A stretch of DNA of 46,734 nt from Octopus bimaculoides. Lineage: Eukaryota. The notes under the pieces were generated by a model that saw only the letters and a list, made by a program, of their open reading frames with translations, was not told the origin of the DNA and did not search any database. A program made the translations under genes and the position numbers. Positions 33,890 to 46,060 of this stretch are shown in pieces. Position 1 is the stretch's first letter; every line of letters starts with the position of its first letter. The DNA is taken from the NCBI RefSeq assembly GCF_001194135.2, contig NC_068993.1, positions 20,360,691 through 20,407,424 on the forward strand, given 5' to 3'.

Positions 33890-34809
33890 GTTGTTAGTGC
33901 GTCAACAAAATTTATATAAACTAGATGAATGGGATACATTAAGCTGGTACCATTTAAGGCAGTCAGAGCTGTCTCAGACTTCGTTAATTTCTGTAAAAAG
34001 TTTTTATTTATTTACTTTTGTTTGGTAACGTGTTGAAAGCGACATTTTCTTTGAAGCCAGTGGAAAGTCAGACGGTAGCACACATACACACACACAATGA
34101 CTTTCACGTTCATGACTTCAATAGGGAAACACACAGTTGCCAATTTAGCAAGGAAAATAGCAGGTTTAAAATCTTATTTAGCATTTTTTAAGCATTTTTC
34201 TCTGATCATGGCATTTCCACAATAGTTATCCTTTTTTTCTTCTTTTCCCTCCTTTTCTACTTTCGTTAACGTATCTTTAGCCAAATTTTAGTACCATTGG
34301 TTACTTTTGAATTTTTCTCTCACTTTCTTGAAACTTCAAATGAAAGTTTATCAAAATATGAACTTTTCCAGCCCCCATCTTTTGGATACAGAATGGTGCT
34401 GTTGGGGGGGGGGAAGGAGAAGATAACTCATGTCAGCACCTGAACTCACTGCACAATAATGTAAATATGTTGCAAAGAATGAAAACATGGAAATTCGTCC
34501 TGACAAAGCTTTATTCTGATGAGTTTTTATCATGACAGGTTGACTGATTTGCTTCCAGTTTGACTGTTTTAAAACAGGCCTGTGTTTTTTCATGCTTGTT
34601 TTGGATTATACATCTTGTATATATCTTGTACGGGGGTGCCCGGTCTCCCCCTTTATATTTCTACTTCTTTTTGGCAGGCGTANNNNNNNNNNNNNNNNNN
34701 NNNNNNNNNNNNNNNNNNNNNNNNNNNNNNNNNNNNNNNNNNNNNNNNNNNNNNNNNNNNNNNNNNNNAAACCCGTAGAAAAATTACAGAGATCGTGAGT
34801 CGGAAAAAA

Positions 34810-35905
34810 AAAATCCCTTCAGGTAGATGACCCTGCTCAATCTGCAGAAAAGGCTTAGGTAGAGACTCCATAAGATGTACCCAGTGTAAGCTGTGGACAC
34901 ATAAGAGGTGCAGCAGTATCAAAGGAAGGTTAACTGGGAAGATAGTTTTTGTGTGTGGTAGATGCACAGGTGCAATAAACACCAAAAATATACAGAAAAC
35001 AGATTCCATCATATACCAGGGGGAAAAAAAAAACTAGAAGTAGTTGATAGCTTCCGTTACCTAGATGACCAAGTCAGTAGCGGCGGCAGCTGCTCTGAGA
35101 GCATAGCTGGTTGAATAACAGTAACCTGGGCAAAGTTCAGAGAGATCCTACTTCTGTTGGTAACAAAGGGCCTCTTAGTCAGAGTGAAAGGTAGACTGTA
35201 TGATGGCTGTGTGTGAACAGCATGCTACACAACAGTGAAACATAGGCTGTGACTGCTGAGGACATACATAGGCTTGAAAGAAATGAAGCTAGTAATGCTC
35301 TGCTGGATGTGTAATGACAGAGTGTAAGTATCCTGAGAGAAAAGTTGGACATAAGAAGCATCAGATGTGGTGTGCAAGAGAAACGACTGTGCTGGTATGG
35401 TCATGTGTTGCATATGGATGAGGATAGCTGTTTGAAGAAGTGTCACACCCTAACAGTGGAGGGTAACTATGGAAGAGGTAGACCCAGGAAGAAATGGGAT
35501 GAGGTGGTGAAGTACAACCTTCAAGCGTTGGGCCTCACAGAGGCAATGACAAGTGACCGAGATCTTTGGAGGTATAAAGCAGCATTCAAGTGTGACCAAT
35601 GGCAGTGCTGCCTGACTGGCATGTAGAATGCACCATTCTGGTGTGGCCAATGCCAGTGGCATTTCAAAAGCACAATTCTGGCGTGGCCGATTCTTGTGCT
35701 GCTTGATTGGCATACGTGCCCGTGGCACATAAAAGCACCTACTACACTCTTGTAGTGGTTGAGGTTAGGAAGGACATCCAGCTGTAGAAACCTTGCCAGA
35801 TCAGATTGGAGCCTGGTGCAGCATCTCGGCTAGCCAGTTCTCAGTCAAACTGTTCAACCCATGCCAGCATGGAAAGTGGGCGTTAAACAGTGATATTGAT
35901 GATGA
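34810..35905 (+). mobile_element. RTE LINE 3' portion with tail
   Basis: ORF remnants (35345-35626, RSIRCGVQEKRLCWYGHVLHM..RGRPRKKWDEVV) and CATGCCAGCATGGAAAG..GATGATGAT tail. Confidence 0.88.
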
Positions 35906-35999
35906 TATATATATATATTTATTTGTGTGTCTGTGTTTGTCCCTGCCACCATTGCTTACAAATCAATGCTGGTGTGTTATCTGGTGGTCTCTAAGGAAG

Positions 36000-36670
36000 T
36001 TAGGAGTAGAGGAGTGACTTGTTAGAGCTGTACAAGTCATGAACAGTAATGTGAGAGTCAGCCACAAATATAGTGATGAATTTAGCGTACAAGTAGAGGT
36101 TCACCAAGGGTCAGTTTTCAGCCCACTCTTATTCATTATAATTCTCCTGGCCATAACAGAGGAATTCAAAACTGGATGCCCACAGGAACTACTTATTGCT
36201 GAATCTGTAGCTGAATTAGAGAAACAAATTCCAGATATGGAAACAAAACCTGAATCAAAAGGCCTTAAATTAACCTAACAAAGACCAAATTTGTTAGCAA
36301 GAAAGAAGATAAAACACTTCTCATCAGGTAAATGACCCTACTCAATATGTAGGAAAGGGTTTGGAAGTAATTCTATTTGCTGCACCCAGTATAAGCTATG
36401 GGCACATAAGAGGTGTAGTGGATTAACAGATAAAGTTGTCTTTGTATATGGCAGATGTGCAGGAACAATAAAGCACTAAAAGCACATGGGACTTAGATTC
36501 TCTCAAATGCCCAGGAGGCTCTCTTGAGATTGTAAATCGTTTCTGTTACCTAGGTGACCAAATTAGCAAAGGTAGAAAATACTCTGGAAGTATTGTTTCT
36601 AGAGTAAGAATAGGATAGAGGAAGTTCAGAGAGCTATTTCCTCTGTTGACAGCAAAAGGACTATCTCTTG
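36000..36670 (+). mobile_element. RTE LINE RT fragment
   Basis: ORF 36039-36278 FSVQVEVHQGSVFSPLLFII (RT motif QG..LSP). Confidence 0.8.
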
Positions 36671-37751
36671 AGAAGACCTGCCTGCATCAGTGAAACTGAG
36701 TTCTAGAAGTGCTGTTTGTTCCACCCACATGTAACAAGAAAACCTTTCACACACCCTACCCCAACAAACCAAACTACATCTCTTCTTTTTCTCATGTCTC
36801 CTCTTTCATGCACTATGCTTATATCTCACTCCCCAGCCCTGTTCACTGTATCGTTGCTATCCAGTAGCCCCCACCCCACCCCCATATACCCAGGTTTTCA
36901 CCACTCACTACATTCCCCTCGCACACTCTCTACTCATGCTTCTTTGACAATGCCACTTATATTATGACTTCCATACATCAAGGGTATGCCCTGACACTTG
37001 TCACCATCTCTCTCTCTCTCCTTTTACTCGGCCATCCCATTTATATCCTAATCCCTGTCCCTTGTGAGTATGCCCAGCATTTTGCCACCATCTCTCTCCT
37101 GCAGTCTCCTACTCTCTCTCTCTTTCTTCTGCCCTTTCTTCAAGTTGGGTAACCATGTACCTCCTTTACAGCAACACACCTGTTTCTGTCTATTTCTCTC
37201 TCTCTTGGGCCAGGAAACCATGTACCTCCTTTATAGTAAGACACCTGTTTCTGTCTACATTTATTTAGTATATTAAAGAAATGTAGACAAGTACATACTA
37301 AATCAAAGACGGAGTAGATAAGAATAAAAGAAAAAATATCATATGCGTCTATACACACTTAGAGTTACTTACATACTCACACTTGTGTTTCTGGTACACA
37401 CACCACACTTTCTCATTTGCGCTGTTAAGTAGATGTTATTTAACTCTTTGATAAACCTGCAGGCACAGCCGGTTGTATCCTAGAGGTTGTGAATGCTAAT
37501 AGGAATTAAAATGGTTTACATGTTAGACAGACATGTAAGGAATTTCCTATTACAAATTCTTCAGACAGAGACTTTGAATAATACAAGTGTTTTATTTGGA
37601 TTAAACATTTATATTTAAATAATAATCAGGAGCAGTACAGAGACAATCCCAATGAAGGAAGAAAAGTGAGACTTCTTCTCTTACATACACACACACACGT
37701 GTATGTATATATATATGTGTGTGTGTGTGTGTGTATGTTCGTTCATTTCGT

Positions 37752-38000
37752 TTCGTTTAACGTCCGCTTTCCATGCTAGCATGGGTTGGACGATTTGACT
37801 GAGGACTGGTGAAACCGGATGGCAACACCAGGCTCCAATCTAAATGTGGCAGAGTTTCTACAGCTGGATGCCCTTCCTAACGCCAACCACTCAGAGAGTG
37901 TAGTAGGTGCTTTTACGTGTCACCTGCACGAAGGCCAGTCAGGCGATACTGGCAACGGCCACGCTCGAAATGGTGTCTTTTATGTGCCACCCACACAATG
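37752..38000 (-). mobile_element. Young RTE LINE 3' tail
   Basis: Reverse complement is nearly identical to 16620-16865, with only a few mismatches. Confidence 0.9.
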
Positions 38001-38472
38001 ATTAACACTCATGATGAGCATGCATACAAAATCACACATTTACTGACCCAGATGAACACAAGCAAGTTTAAGGACATATTTTTATAACTATATGTATATA
38101 AAATCATACTCATATATATGTACATACTCACACATAAACCAGTACAAATGAACATACACACAAACATACTTCCAATGTATACTTTGGATCATCTTATCTT
38201 CCCCTTAAAGTGTCCAATTTAACACTTCTGTAAGTTTCGGCAATTAAACATCTTTTGTGTCTTCGTAAAATAACATAATTTAAGGAATGTTAAGTGTTTG
38301 CTGTGTATGGATGGGGAAACAAAAAAACAAACAAACTGGATTTTGATTTAATAACAGAATTATTGAAGATATTATCCATTCCTGTGTGTGCATAAATTTT
38401 TAATGTATTATCACTAAATTGGTCAGGTCATGTAAATTCTTGTTGGTGGTCCTTTGAAAAGTCATGCATATG

Positions 38473-38830
38473 GGCAGGCATGGCTGAGTGGTAAAAATCT
38501 TGCTTCTCAACCACATGGTTCTGGGTTCAGTCGCACTCTGTGGTAACTAGGGTAAGTGACTTCTACAATAGCCTCAGGCCCACCAAATCCTTGTGAGTGG
38601 ATTTGGTGTGTGTTTATTTCCCCACCCACCCCTCCACTGCTTGACAACCAGTGTTGGTGTGGTTACATTCCTGTAATTTAGCAGTTCAGCAAAAGAGACC
38701 AATCGGATAAGTACCAGGCTTGAAAAGAAAAAAAAGGTACCAGGGTCACTTCATTCAACTAAAAGTTCTAGGTGTTGCCCCAGCATGGCTGCAGTCTAAT
38801 GACTGAAACAAGTAAAAGATAAAAGATACA
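38473..38830 (+). mobile_element. OK-like SINE, full length, older copy
   Basis: GGGCAGGCATGGCTGAGTGGTAA..CCACATGGTTCTGGGTTCAGTC..GTGAGTGGATTTGG..CCAGCATGGCTGCAGTCTAATGACTGAAACAAGTAAAAGA. Confidence 0.8.
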
Positions 38831-38869
38831 AGTCATGTGTTTTCTTAATTCAAGACTTTTTCTTGTTCC

Positions 38870-39735
38870 AATCATCATCATCATTTAACATCCACTTTAC
38901 ATGCTGGCATGGGTTGATGGGAGTTGGCATGTCTGTAGACTATCCCAAGCTCTACTGGCAACTTTGGCATGGTTTCTACAGCTGGATGCCCTTCCTAATG
39001 TCAACCACTTTACAGGGCACTGGCTGCTTTTTTATGTGGCAGCAAGGTCACTAAGTAACTTGCAAGACAAGTCCCTCTTCACACTCTACTGAGTGGAGAG
39101 AAGTATTGAGGAAGGTGGATTTGTGCCAGGTCATGAGAAGTTGGGGTTTGAATAGAAACATGAGGAGATATATGACTACCTCAATTGGCGGGAGAGAGAG
39201 AAAGAGTGAGGTGAGAGAGAAGGATAAGATAGGGAAGATGTGACAGGTCATACACATACATTACAGAGCGGTGTATATTGTGAAGCAGTCCAAGGATTGG
39301 ACAGAGTTGATAATCTGTATATGCACTTTATTTGAATGGTTCACAAAATTCACTGAATGATTTAATGCTGTTGGTGTTGAAATCTGATGCTTTGAATATC
39401 TCAGTGAGAAGGCTGATCTCAAAATGCTGAACTTTACAAATATGACAGAGGATCAGGATATGTGGTGCATTGCTGTACTCGAGAAGACCCATCCACCACA
39501 GCAGAATTACAAGGTGCCATGTAAAAAGCCTTGGTGTGGGTGCTGGTGCTCTTGTTGTGGTGCCACATAAAAAGCACCCAGTACACTCTGTGGAGTGGCT
39601 GGCATTAGGAAAGGCATCCAGCCATAGAAACCAAATCAAAACAGACTATCGAACTTGGTGTGGCCCCTGGCCTTGCCAGTTCCTGTCATACTGTCCAACT
39701 CATGACAGCATGGAAAATAGATGTTAAATGATGGT
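38870..39735. mobile_element. Two RTE tail fragments in opposite orientations (38870-39030 minus; 39500-39735 plus)
   Basis: TTTCTACAGCTGGATGCCCTTCCTAA versus GGCATTAGGAAAGGCATCCAGCCATAGAAA motifs. Confidence 0.7.
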
Positions 39736-39946
39736 GATTTTGATATCTGTTCATGAGTATTGGAAACTGAATCATAACGAGCCACTTTTTAAAATAATTT
39801 TAGCATCAACCCCATTAAGTTTTGGCAATTAAATATCCTTGCTTCCCACCTCAAGCAGTTCTCTTAGGGTGGCTGTGAAACTGAACTTGTGTGTTTACTA
39901 TTTGAGTTGTGGGAATCTAACAATGCTGGAGCCCCATCTTTTAGAC

Positions 39947-40201
39947 CAGTAGTTCTCAACCTGACTCCATATGGGACTTGGGGGTCCATATAAGATTTTG
40001 TTAAAATTTAAGTGCAATAAATTGCTTATACTTCTACGATACACAAAATATTTGATTTTTTTTTTTTTTATATAATTCTTAATATATAATCATAAAAATA
40101 CAATATGGTTTTCTTTATATACATTGAATGGCTATGGAGATCCAGGAGAGCAAAATAGGAATCAAAGGGGTCTATAGGCAAAAAATGATTGAGAACCATT
40201 G
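39947..40201. mobile_element. hAT (Charlie-like) MITE
   Basis: CAGTAGTTCTCAA ... TTGAGAACCATTG ends; 8-bp flanks TTTTAGAC and TTTTAGGG (6/8 match). Confidence 0.7.
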
Positions 40202-40281
40202 TTTTAGGGTATTGTCAATTTACATTGACTTCAGTATTTAAATTATTAAACTTTGAAAGACGGAAATCAGAGTGAACTTAA

Positions 40282-40504
40282 CTCATTAAGTCCCACTGTC
40301 CTATAAATAGGACACTAAACGAGAACATTAAATAAGCTAAATCACATTGTCTCAGTGTCCAATTTATAGGACACTGAGTATTTCCATTTCTACTTGAAGT
40401 AAAGGAGTTTAAATAATTATTTTTTTCATTTTAACCTATTTTCAATCATTGGTAAAAATTTAAAAGTAATATTCAGAAATTTAAGTACTCTGGGACTTAA
40501 TGGG
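40282..40504. mobile_element. piggyBac-type MITE
   Basis: TTAA|CTCATTAAGTCCCA ... TGGGACTTAATGGG|TTAA (14-bp TIR, 1 mismatch); internal palindrome GTCCTATAAATAGGAC. Confidence 0.85.
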
Positions 40505-41379
40505 TTAAGTAAGATTTGAACTCAGAATGTAAAGGGATGTAACCTAATATCATAATAAACAATGCATACATTTCCTCCTACATAAAACTACATTTTTTTT
40601 CACTCACTTCCTGTCTGTATATTTTAACTTGACTCATTACATCATCCTTGTTAACTTTAACAGCTACCATTGTACAGTCGGAAGACCACTTATCCATAGG
40701 CTTTATTCAGCATAGATACTTATCTTGCACAGACAATATACAAACAGCTGCATTCATTTATACAATAAAACCTATCAAAGGCTTTCAATCTTTATGAATA
40801 ATTTTCTCTATTATCATGTGATGACTGCATGTAATATTAGTCAATAGAGAAAGTTCTGAAAGCAAATCTGGTTTTCTTTTTATACTAGAATAATTAATTT
40901 AGTCTTATGTTTAGGTCAATTCATTTCTGGAATAATTGCAAATTCCTTCATGTCTGTATCAAAGAATTCACTATGTAGCTTGTATTTCTGTGGACTAATG
41001 AGAAAGCCTCTGTGTGGTCACTCATGTTGCTAGAAATAGTGACCAAATCTTCCTTCAACTACACTTGTCTTAATAGAAAAGGACACTCTTGATAATACAA
41101 TCTGTTCTTGAAAAGAAAATGAGTCTAGAATGCTTTTGATTGTAGATGTTTCGGCAGAACTGACTTTGGGCTTAGCAGCAACAGCAATCAGAGTCAATGT
41201 TTGTCATTTTGCCTTGAAACAATGCTACCATTTGTCAATAGCTTTGTACCCTAATCTCAGTCATTCTATAATAATAATAACGAGCACTCAGAGAGCGCAA
41301 ACCTCTGCCAAGGCAACACCAATGTCTTCTCAACGATTAGCTGGAGATGGTTTTTAAAATGAGAATATTTTGTAATAAT

Positions 41380-41600
41380 TCATATAAAGTGAATATAACA
41401 AATAATCCAGAATCCTTATCAGGTACCAGATTGATCCCAAAATTTAATCACTTCGTGCCAGTCACAAGACCAAACATTCTTGAAATTTTCATCCGAATCC
41501 ACCCAGTGGTTCTTGAGATATCTTGTCCACAGACAAATAACAAACAAACAAACACGACTGAAAACAATACCTCTGCCTTCGCTAAGGTGGAGATAAAAAT
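41380..41600 (-). mobile_element. Helentron/DINE-1-like non-autonomous element
   Basis: Minus strand TTATCTCCACCTTAGCGAAGGCAGAGGTATTGTTTTC..(GTTT)n..GGATTCGGATGAAAATTTC is a hairpin end plus tetranucleotide microsatellite layout typical of DINE-like elements. Confidence 0.55.
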
Positions 41601-41639
41601 CCTTTCTACTATAGCCACAAGGCCTGAAATTTTTAGGGA

Positions 41640-41815
41640 AGGTGCATAGTCACTTTCATCAACCCAGTACTCAACTGGTACTTACTTTATCAACCCTGAA
41701 AGGATGAAAGGCAAAGTTGACCACAGTGGAATTTGAACTCAAAATGTAAAGATAGATGAAATGCCACTAAGCATCTTGTCTGGCATGCTAATGGTTCTGC
41801 CAGCTCATTGCCTTA
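41640..41815 (-). mobile_element. Nin/Deu-domain tRNA-derived SINE
   Basis: ACTGGTACTTACTTTATCAACCCTGAAAGGATGAAAGGCAAAGTTGACC..GGAATTTGAACTC..GCCAGCTCATTGCC. Confidence 0.8.
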
Positions 41816-42302
41816 ATAATAATAATAATTATTATTCAACATTCTTTTTTTCCATGCTTGCATGGGTCAAACAATTGTCGAAGCAGATTTTCTGTGGTTG
41901 CATGCTCTACTCTGAGTAAAGAAGAAAAAATCTCTCGTCAGAAAAACGGCAGATTCAAGAAAATAGATAATGTAACACTGATAGTTGTAATGTAGTGGCT
42001 AGCTTCCCCACTCCTCTTTCATACACTGTTTCTCAATCATCCCTCGTAGATTTAGTGAACAGACAGTGTATAGTGGAACTCTATAGTTATTAAAATTCAT
42101 TTAAAAATCATATCTTTGAAAAGTTAGCATGCAGTTTTGAATACATTGGAAGGTAGAATATAATTTATTCCTGAATTATTTCACATTCAAATTAATAAGC
42201 TTCTATTTATTATGCTCTTGAGTCAGACTTAATTTTTATAGTACTCTCTCATAACCCATGCTAGCATGGAAAGCGGACGTTAAACGATGATGATGATGGT
42301 GA

Positions 42303-42395
<93 letters not shown>

Positions 42396-42796
42396 AGTGT
42401 AAAGATGACTGTATGGTTAAGAAGTTTATTTTGCAACCATGTAGTATTTGGGTTCAATCCTATTATATACCACATTGGAGAAGTGCCTGGAGACAACCAA
42501 AGAAAAAAACCTTGTAACTGAATTTGGCAGAAATGCAGAGGGACAAAAGATCAGGTGGGTTGGGTTGGTGAAGGTTGCGAGAGTCTGGAAGTGATGGAAG
42601 AGTGAGAACTGGTCAGAAGTGGGGGTTGTGGTGAATGATAAACAAGGGTTTGAGTTGTCACTGCTAAGTATGAGTGGGGGAGGTTGTGATAAGAACAAGA
42701 GGTGGATGTCAATAGAAGTGGTTCTGGGGAAAGGGAGTGAAAACTGGCTGTACAATTGTAGCTCTCATTTAATTACAGCACACATACATACATACA

Positions 42797-44028
42797 TTGG
42801 GTCATCCCATAAATAATGTGGTTTTGTTATACTTCTTTTATTTTTCAAAATTAAGATTAAGTCCTTTTTTTTTATCTAAAATATACTCATTTTCATTTTT
42901 CTCAATGCCTTTCCATCTATCTGGTAGACTTGCAAGGCCCCGCTTCCAAATATTCCTCCAGTACTGTTCTGACCTTGTCTACAGAATTCATATTTTTTCC
43001 GTCCAAATGATTTTGAACACTCCAGAATAAATGATAATCAGATGGGGCAATGTCTGGCGAATATGGTGGGTGGGGCATCATTTCCCATTCAAACTGCTCC
43101 AACCTTTGGAATGTCATCCTTGGTGTATGTGGCTGAGCATTATCCTGATGGCAGAACTCCTTTCGTCTTGAAAGTGAAGATAGTTGTTTTTCTTCTAGTG
43201 CTCACTTAAGCCACTCAAACTGTTTGCAGTAGATCTCCTTTTTTTATCATTTGGTTTGGGTTTAAAAGTTCAAAGTGGATTAAAGCTTTCATATCCCACC
43301 AAGCAGATGACAACACCTTACATGAAGACCTTTTTTAGCCTGGGGTGCCAGTGTTTCTCCTTTCTCTACCCACTGTCTTTGGCACCTGACATTTTTATAA
43401 AGAACCCATTTCTCATCACTAGTTACTATTCAGTCCCCCAAAAAGTTCGCTTGTGAGACATGATAGCAAAGAAGAACATACTTTCACTCCCTGTGCATGA
43501 TTAGACTTGGAGAGTTTGTAAGGAACCCATCGACCCAATTTGCTAACTTTTCCGATGGCATGCAGGTGCCAATGATTGGTCGAATGACCAAATCCAAGCT
43601 TCTCTGCTAGTTCCTCAATAGTTACGACGGGATTTTGATCCACCAGGGTTTGCAGGATGTCCTTGTGGAGATCTTCCAGGACGAGGCTTGCCTTCTAGGC
43701 TGTAGTTTCTGGCTCAGAATTTCTGGAACCTCCATCGACTCTGGCTTATGCATATCATCCAATTCCCATATACTGCATTAATATTCCTTGCACTTTGCGT
43801 TGTGTCGTTGCCTTTATTGAACTCATAAAGCAAAATATGCTGCTCCTTTCTCGCTTCCATTATAGCTTTGAAAAAATAACTTAAAATCGAACTGCACTCT
43901 TCAAAACTTGCACTAAGAATAACCATAAGATAAAATTACTGCCTGCTTTGATAGCAAGTTGATGCAGGTAGTTTATACTGTCTTTCTCTGACTTTTAGTT
44001 CATGCACATTATTTATGGGATGACCCAA
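42797..44028 (-). mobile_element. Full-span mariner element (1232 bp), transposase decayed
   Basis: Perfect 24-bp TIR TTGGGTCATCCCATAAATAATGTG at both ends, TA on the right (CA on the left). Remnants PHPPYSPDIAPSDYHLF (42917-43117), TIEELAEKLGFGHST..LGRWVPYKL (43419-43643) and YEFNKGN..SARNINAVYG (43714-43926). Confidence 0.93.
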
Positions 44029-44560
44029 TACTTATATACTTATATTTTTGCACACACATGGTTGCATATGTTTGTATATGCCCATATTTTGACAGAACTA
44101 GTTAAATGTAAACAAGCTTCATAGTTGTGCAAATTGTGACACTTGTTTGCAATCTTCTAAGAAAATATGTCTGGATTAGGGGGAAATACTACCGTGCTTG
44201 GTAGCAGATGGAAGAACATCTGCTTTCAAAATTCTGCTTCAGTGAATCTAGCCTGAGCCAACATGGAAAAGTAGACATCAAAATGCTAATGATAACACAC
44301 ACACACACAAACAAATACACTATAAGTGCAACTTCTAGTTTCAAATGATCTTGTTTGGTACTGCTAGTCTTAAATGAAAAGGATGAATGCCATTTTTTAA
44401 TATTCAAGGGCAGGTTTACCATTTGGCTGGTTTTCTGTTGCTTCTACTAAATGAAGGGCCGAATTTCAGCACAAGACAAGACCAGATACCTTAACTGGAA
44501 ATATAATTATCCTGAAATGAAAATGATTGATAATGGTAGCATAATTATTCTTCTTTTCAG

Positions 44561-44874
44561 CCTTTGCCTATTTCATCTGGATTTCACAAGACAGCAGCCT
44601 CCATTTCACCATTCAAAGCTACTACAAACAGCTCACCTGTAAAGGAGACCTCTCTTCCTCCTAAATCTTCTACACCTGAGAAGAAAGACGTATCAACTAA
44701 TAAGGAACACATTCCCCCAGAATTCCACCAAGCTTCTACTTCAAATGACCAAACCAACAATGTAACAAAACCAAGCTGTAATGATTCTTCAAGTAAATCA
44801 ACATCGGAAATTTCCTCTGATACATCTGAAAATAAGAAAACTGATAATCTGAAAGCAGATGATCCTTTGAAAAG
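44561..44874 (+). CDS. Internal coding exon (Ser/Thr-rich, low complexity), probably exon 2 of the ERCC1-like gene
   Basis: Acceptor ATTCTTCTTTTCAG|CCT, 104 open codons PLPISSGFHKTAASISPFK..KADDPLK, donor AG|GTATTA. Phase 0 start matches exon 30237-30302; intervening exons cannot be excluded. Confidence 0.7.
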
Positions 44875-45118
44875 GTATTAGTGAAATATATATCTATAAT
44901 TTTAAATGCTTTAATCTTATTCCATTATTTGTGTAAGGTAAGCATTTGATATCAGCCATGTATAAACAGTTTGGCTCTTTAGCAGTTAGCCTTTTGCTTT
45001 AATCCTAAATCCACTACTGTAAGTTTTGTTCAGTGCATGAACATAATGTAGCACCATAAGTCACAATAGTTCAGGTGAGAGACTGATTACTTGACTGACC
45101 AGATATAAAAGCCAAATA

Positions 45119-45159
<41 letters not shown>

Positions 45160-45297
45160 CATCATCATCATCGTTTAACGTCCGCTTTCCATGCTAGCAT
45201 GGGTTGGACGATTTGACTGAGGACTGGTGAAATCGGATGACTACACCAGGCTCCAATCTGATTTGGCAGAGTTTCTACAGTTGGATGCCCTTCCTAA
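45160..45297 (-). mobile_element. Young RTE LINE 3' tail (runs into a gap)
   Basis: Near-identical to 37752-37880. Confidence 0.9.
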
Positions 45298-45699
45298 NNN
45301 NNNNNNNNNNNNNNNNNNNNNNNNNNNNNNNNNNNNNNNNNNNNNNNNNNNNNNNNNNNNNNNNNNNNNNNNNNNNNNNNNNNNNNNNNNNNNNNNNNNN
45401 NNNNNNNNNNNNNNNNNNNNNNNNNNNNNNNNNNNNNNNNNNNNNNNNNNNNNNNNNNNNNNNNNNNNNNNNNNNNNNNNNNNNNNNNNNNNNNNNNNNN
45501 NNNNNNNNNATCACTTTACATGGGTTGGATGGGCCATTACAGCCTGAATCAAATCTTACTTAGTGTTAGTGCTGTCCTAGGTGGTTTGGACTACACTATG
45601 TTGTCTCGCACACTTCAGTTTTGGTTTGGTTTTGATGGCTGAACAGAAATGCTATGGCTCTCTCCATGACCTTCATAACCAGATCCAGTAGTTTGATCC

Positions 45700-46060
45700 T
45701 CTGTAGATTCTTCTCTGTAGGGCATTTCCTAAGCCTTTCTAGCAGTTTATGATGATACTGCCATGCCAGTCACTGAGTTTCACATCTTCCCCAATTACAT
45801 GATTAACTATCAATGTGGTAATCACATATCCTATCACACCATATATTTTGAGCATCTCTGCATTTATCTCTGATGGATACACAACTTTCCATTTCTTTAT
45901 ATCCTTAACTGCTTTATCTATCATGCTGCTCTCAACTTGAATTGCTGGTCCTTCTGAAGGGCCAGCATGAAGTAGCTCCTCTTTGTCTCATGCATTCTCT
46001 ATGCCAATTTCTTGTCTTCCATATTAAGGGTAAACCTAACTTCATGACCTTTTCATTGTC
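45700..46060 (-). mobile_element. RTE LINE fragment
   Basis: ORF 45739-45924 IDKAVKDIKKWK..PSEINAEMLK..LSDWHGSIII (RT N-part). Confidence 0.7.

Noticed and set aside
4279-34525. Other CTGATGA heptamers (about 4279, 24080, 24163, 34517) as hammerheads
   Set aside because: No stem II plus GAAA box follows them.
34351-34593. Minus-strand 80-aa ORF
   Set aside because: No recognisable domain and no consistent splice or gene context.
7160-41815. tRNA genes
   Set aside because: All tRNA-like heads continue into SINE bodies, lack a clean cloverleaf, and one has a 14-bp TSD.
4540-45563. Long ORFs containing X runs (e.g. 15919-16677, 15988-16797, 30962-31552, 32393-33184)
   Set aside because: Artefacts of reading through N gaps.
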